Assembly (NCBI GenBank): GCA_964036045.1
Contig: OZ038378.1
Span: 1,116,001 to 1,180,000 of the forward strand
Source of the DNA: Eutreptiella sp. 'Long Island Sound 2002'
Taxonomy: Eukaryota; Protista; Euglenida
Length of the DNA: 64,000 bases
Direction: 5' to 3'
Part shown: in pieces, positions 59,179 through 64,000 of the stretch
How the letters are laid out: each line of letters begins with the position of its first letter
How positions within the stretch are numbered: position 1 is the first letter of the stretch
Translations under genes and position numbers: made by a program
The notes under the pieces: generated by a model
Told to the model about the DNA's origin: nothing
Databases searched by the model: none
What the model saw: the letters and a program-made list of their open reading frames with translations, nothing else

Positions 59179-61529
59179 GAGAGAGCGTCTGCCATGCACC
59201 GTATTGCCATGGATCGCCCTACTTCTCGTTGCACACCTACGGGGTCATTCAGGTGGGGATGCATCGAACCCGCAGGAGGGGGACAATGGGCTAACAGCGG
59301 CCATCAACGCTTGGTGCAGCTGCCATTCCACTCGAAAAGATGACTACTGTACAACAGTACAAATGAATAGCCCATCTGTTTTCAGAAGAAGGGTTTGGCG
59401 GGGGGGTTCAGCACAGCCCCAACACGCCAACTACTGGGCTCCGCGAACGCGGAAACGACACCCGCAAGAGCACCGGCCGCAGCGGCCGACAGAAAGCAGC
59501 GACCCGACGCAACATGCGAAGGGAAGAACGGGTGACCGTCCAGGGCCCCGTAAAGGAGCAACAACCAGACGGAATGTCACACAGGGGGGGGGGGGGGCTC
59601 GTTCGAGCCCTTTTTCCAGACCCCCCCCCCTCCACAAGAGCGGTGGGGCGGTTCCTGAGGTGCACCACCATATGTGGCTCAAATCCCCCACGACCCGCTG
59701 TGTATTTTGAGTTCTGTCTCACGGAGAAAAATGTTCTTCCGGGCCGCGTTGCGGCGCAGGTGGTAAGTCATCACTCGTGTGTCGACCGCCTCTTTGGGCT
59801 GGCCTGTCACGAGAGCCCCCTTTCCAACCGCCCGTCCTTCGGGGGGATCGAACGCCCCCCAACGCGCAATTGCTACTTGCCCCCAACCCCTGCTGCTTGT
59901 AATGGGGGTGTGTGGTTCATGGTACGACCCCCCCCTCCGTCTCGGCTGCGGGCTTGTCCACGTTATAGCGGGCGTTGCGACTGTATTAAATTGGACCTAT
60001 TTTTTTCATTTAACTCGTCACCAACATGGGTGCAACCATATAAGACAAGGCTTTGGGGTTATTATGTCGCGTGTGGGGCACTTGAGTTGTTCTTGTTTGC
60101 CCAGTTGTGCCTGCAGATGCCCATTTGAGGGCCCTGGGTATTCTCCTGACCCTTTGCTTGTACCAGTGCACCATGTGCTGCGTGTAGCTTTCGGTCTAAG
60201 CGACAGCAGGCGTGGGGACCGTGTTAATGTGAGACTTTTCCGCAGTTTGGACAAGGACGGGGGGCAACACCGTATTCATTTTTGGGGTGGGGTGCCAAAG
60301 CACGTGTGCGCGTCAGAAATCGCCACTCTTCCGCTACATGCAAGTTTCTGATGCATCATGAGCCACGCTATTGAGCAAGGGTGATTTCACTTGTGCAGAT
60401 TGCAGATTGGAGCCTACTGGACTGAGCCTTCTCCGTGGTCAAGGATCAGCCTGTTTGGGGGTTTTGAGAGGTGTCGCAAGCCGTTTGGAGGGTGCTAGCT
60501 TCGTGTGTGTGCCGGGGTGGCGGGAGAGGGTCAGGGCTCAGGTGCCCCTGGGCAGATATGACAGAATATAATCTCCACAACGCATATATATCACGGGGCA
60601 CTGACTGAACAGGTCCTGCAGGCCACTTTGTAACTCATTTTCAAGCCACTGCCAGCCCTCGAGACTGCCCATTCACATAGGCACTGACGTGTGGGAGTCG
60701 CCAATGCCCTAGGGAGAGACTGGGATGTGCTGGAGACCCTCATTTGGTGCGCGAGCCGGTGTCTGTGATCGGTGCCTGCACGATCGTGCTGCACTCCTCA
60801 GGCTTCGCCTGCAGGAGCTGCTCTCAACTGCGCGCCTTCTTGTTGCAGAAAGATGCCCCGTGGCGTCCGACAGGGCACCCTTTTGATCTGCAAGCACAAC
60901 AGCACACGAATGAAAGACGTATAAACGCATAACAAGGGCCACGGGTGGGGCTAGTGTGCATTGCTGTCCTGCTTGGGTATCTCCCTTTGCGGATTTTGTG
61001 CAACAGCGTGCACCACGCCACCCCCAAGGCAACAAGTATGCGGAGTTCCTCGGATATATGCAATCGAACTGGCCCTCGGCCGTGGATGGGTTTTACGGAT
61101 GTAATGTTGTGCGGTGGTCCTGTTTGTGTGCTCTAGCCGAAGGGGGATGACATGCTGAAGCCGGAGCTTTTCCGGCAGAACGGACGTTTTACGCTGTACT
61201 GCAGCCTTTTTGAAGATCTACAAGGCACTTGGGATCGTCATAAGCCCTTTCGTTCCCAAAACCTCTGAAAAATGCCGCTAAAGCGGACCACTACAAGTCC
61301 CACCCCTACGCATCATTTGCATCACTGATCCCTTGTGTCGACTGCCCTATCGCCGCTTTTGTACGATATTACTTGTCACCGTCATTTTTCTGCGGACCTC
61401 CCGCATCGCGCACCGCGCGGGCGGCAGCCTCAATGAGCAGGCGCTTCATTGCGGGTAGCGTCTCGCAACGCACCATGCAGCACCCCCCCCTCCCCGTGGA
61501 GGACCTTGCCATGCCAGTGATGCATGCAC

Positions 61530-61728
61530 GACACTGATTGCTGTTGTCTGACTGACAGCTACTGACTGTGATTGTCTGACTCACTGTAGTCAGACATGAT
61601 GTTTCGGACACAGTGTGTGTCTCGAGGATTAACCAGGTTTGGCACAGAGAATAAAGATGCACTCATGCCTTCCTGTGGAGTGCATTACCTCTGGTTTGCA
61701 TTTGACTGTTTTTTTTATTACCCCCCCC
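61530..61728 (+). mobile_element. Second copy of the SINE-like element at 24363-24575
   Basis: Colinear match including the TCTGACT..AGTCAGA hairpin, AATAAA, a T-rich tail and a C-run. Confidence 0.7.
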
Positions 61729-64000
61729 GCCCCCTCTTGAAGGATGGCCACATTGCCCGTGTGCGCGACGACCACACGCCCCCGCCCCGCCCCCTTGTGC
61801 GCACGCATAAGAAGGTCGCGTAGTTCAGCGGTCATGCACGTGACGCCTGAACTAGAGGTGCTTGTTTCGAATCCCGGTGGGGTCGGAACGCAGTGTCCTA
61901 GGTATTGGGGTGTCTGTGACCCCGCGAGCCAGAAGGGATGCTGCGAGGGACAGGTAGGGATCACGGTTACGCTGGAGTTCGGAGTACGCCTGAGCACTTT
62001 ACCTTGCCTTACCTTACCCTTGTGCACACGCTGGTGTACAAAGAATGTTTTTCAGATGGTCCGGCCATAAGAGTGTGCACTGAGGACTGCACGGGCCGTG
62101 TCTGGACCTGCGGTTCCCGTATTTCCTACAGCGAGGCACTAGGTGCTGCTTGTTGGAGGGAACCAAAGGTACGAAGCAAGGGGCAGGCCCCAGAGGGACA
62201 ATGGCCAAGGGACGACCAGCGAAGCGCTGGGCACGATGGTCCTGAACAGGGGAGGGAATATCGGTCAGAAGAAGGGCCAAACCGATGTTTTGCCAAAAAC
62301 ATACGTTTTGTTCCACAGTGCTTACTGTTTTTCTTGGGAAGAGCTGTACATGGACTGTCCGGAGATGTTTGACAGTACGAGACAGATTGAGAATTGGCTG
62401 TCGTGCAGGGCAGGTGAGGGCAGGAATCACAAAACCGGCCGCCGATCGTCCGCACTGGATTTGTCACCAACGGCGGTGGACTGGTCAACCAACCGCCGTT
62501 GGGGGTCGACCGACCGGATACGGTGCGGTTGTTTTGGGGGGGTGGGGGCGGGGGTTAGCCCACCGCTGAGGACCGCAGGGGGGCAGCGGCTGTTGTTGAT
62601 GGCCGTTCCCAGGACCACGCCACCCTCTGGCGCACGCTCGATGAACGGCCGACCTACCGGTTCCGCTTGGCCTGACCTGCGTTCCGAGGCCCCTGGTCCA
62701 GTGCATGGTCGCGGATTGGCTGTGGCTCGCAGCTTTGGACAGTTCGGATACGGGACTTGATGGTCAAACCAATCGACAAAACGAGGCCAGTAACCGCCAG
62801 CAGTTGACGGGTAACCGCCTGCGCATGGCCAGGGGACGCAGGTAATTGCCCTGTGGCCTCCGATGATGTACACTCCAACAAAAAAAGAAAAAAGTAAAAT
62901 ATGCTGCGGACGTCCTTGAGGCACGTTCTACTGCGAAGCAGACAGCCTCCAGCCCCCCCCTCCCCCCAACCTGGGCCCCTGGGCCAATGGAACATTTGCT
63001 GGCCAGTCGAACACGCAATGTACTGAGAAGGCGATGAAGGCCGTGTGAAGGCAGGCGCGGCTGGAGCACAGTGGCGGGTCCACACCTGACCTTTTGAGGC
63101 CCCCCAACTTCACCCGTCGTCCGGCAATCCCTGACTCCTGGCGCCAAAAAGACACAGCTTTTGGCGGCAGGGAAGGTGGACTGAGGGCTGCAGTTGAAGG
63201 GCGGGAGGGGGGCCCTTCCATCGGTGGTGACGGTAAGTTCCGCCCCAACGCCCTCTGTCCGCCCTCCACTGTCCTCCAGCCGTTCTGGAGGCTCGTTTCC
63301 CCTCCAAGCGCAGCCCTGCGGTGAGCCATCAAACCGTGCGGCTGCACGCGGTGTGTGGTCTGCGGCACAGGGTATTGGCTATGAGACTGATCATGCGCTG
63401 CGTGCACTCCCGCGGTTCTGATGTAAGGCGCCCAGTCTCTGACATGCCACAGGCCTCGATGTGCGTGTTGGGCTCTGGACAGTTCCCGGAGTCTATATCC
63501 AGCAGCGAATCGGGAGCAGCTGACGCGGTGCGCGTGCGGCGCGGCGATCTAACGACATCTATGGGCGCGGGGTTGTGTTGTCGTTTGGATTTGTCCTTTT
63601 TGTGCCGGGCACCTCTGCGGACGGTCTTACTTGTCACTGCAAAGGGCCACGAGAGGCCCATTTTGAGCATTATGAAAGTGGGTGCTGATTGTATTGTGCT
63701 CCTGATTGTGTTGTGTTTCATTCAATTTTTGTGGCCAAACTGTTTGCTCTCCCTCAGGGGCATTTTGGGAGGGGTTAACAATCAGGATGTTCCAGGCGCA
63801 CTCGCTGCAAAAGTAGCCCGTGGCGCAAGTACCCCAACCCCCGAAAAAAAATCAGCCGTGACAGCTGTGAAATTTGGGCCAGTGCCGCTGCCCCCTATGC
63901 AAACTGGACTCCGATGTGGTCCCATTCCGTGTCCGGGTACCGTCCTGTGCCAAGCAAAGCACTGTCCGTCACTCTCGCACAATTGCGGTGAACCCGCATC

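Noticed and set aside
58032-59294. Overlapping 327-420 aa ORFs in other frames of the transporter
   Set aside because: Stop-poor shadow frames caused by very high GC3.

Overview
Eukaryotic, repeat-rich DNA. Two near-perfect copies of the euglenid spliced-leader (SL) sequence suggest a euglenid host; this is an inference from an SL consensus recalled from memory. Two host genes are supported. (1) VPS41 (HOPS subunit) on the minus strand: 26 exons reconstructed by hand, all GT-AG, 1134-38940, about 974 aa. Its introns are filled with microsatellites, minisatellites, MITEs, a SINE-like insert and coding-like debris. (2) An Aa_trans/AVT1-like amino-acid transporter on the plus strand (55170-59178, two exons). 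The 16 kb between these divergent genes is a nest of mobile DNA: a decayed Mutator-like transposase, three tandem and mutually divergent Penelope-like reverse transcriptases, a zinc-knuckle ORF remnant, a foldback element and ORF1-like remnants. The best candidate for an undescribed system is the RT trio. All three have R[YF]RDN instead of YxDD, none shows an endonuclease, and the first is directly preceded by an SL relic, suggesting retroposition through a trans-spliced mRNA. All alignments were made by eye; no searches were run.
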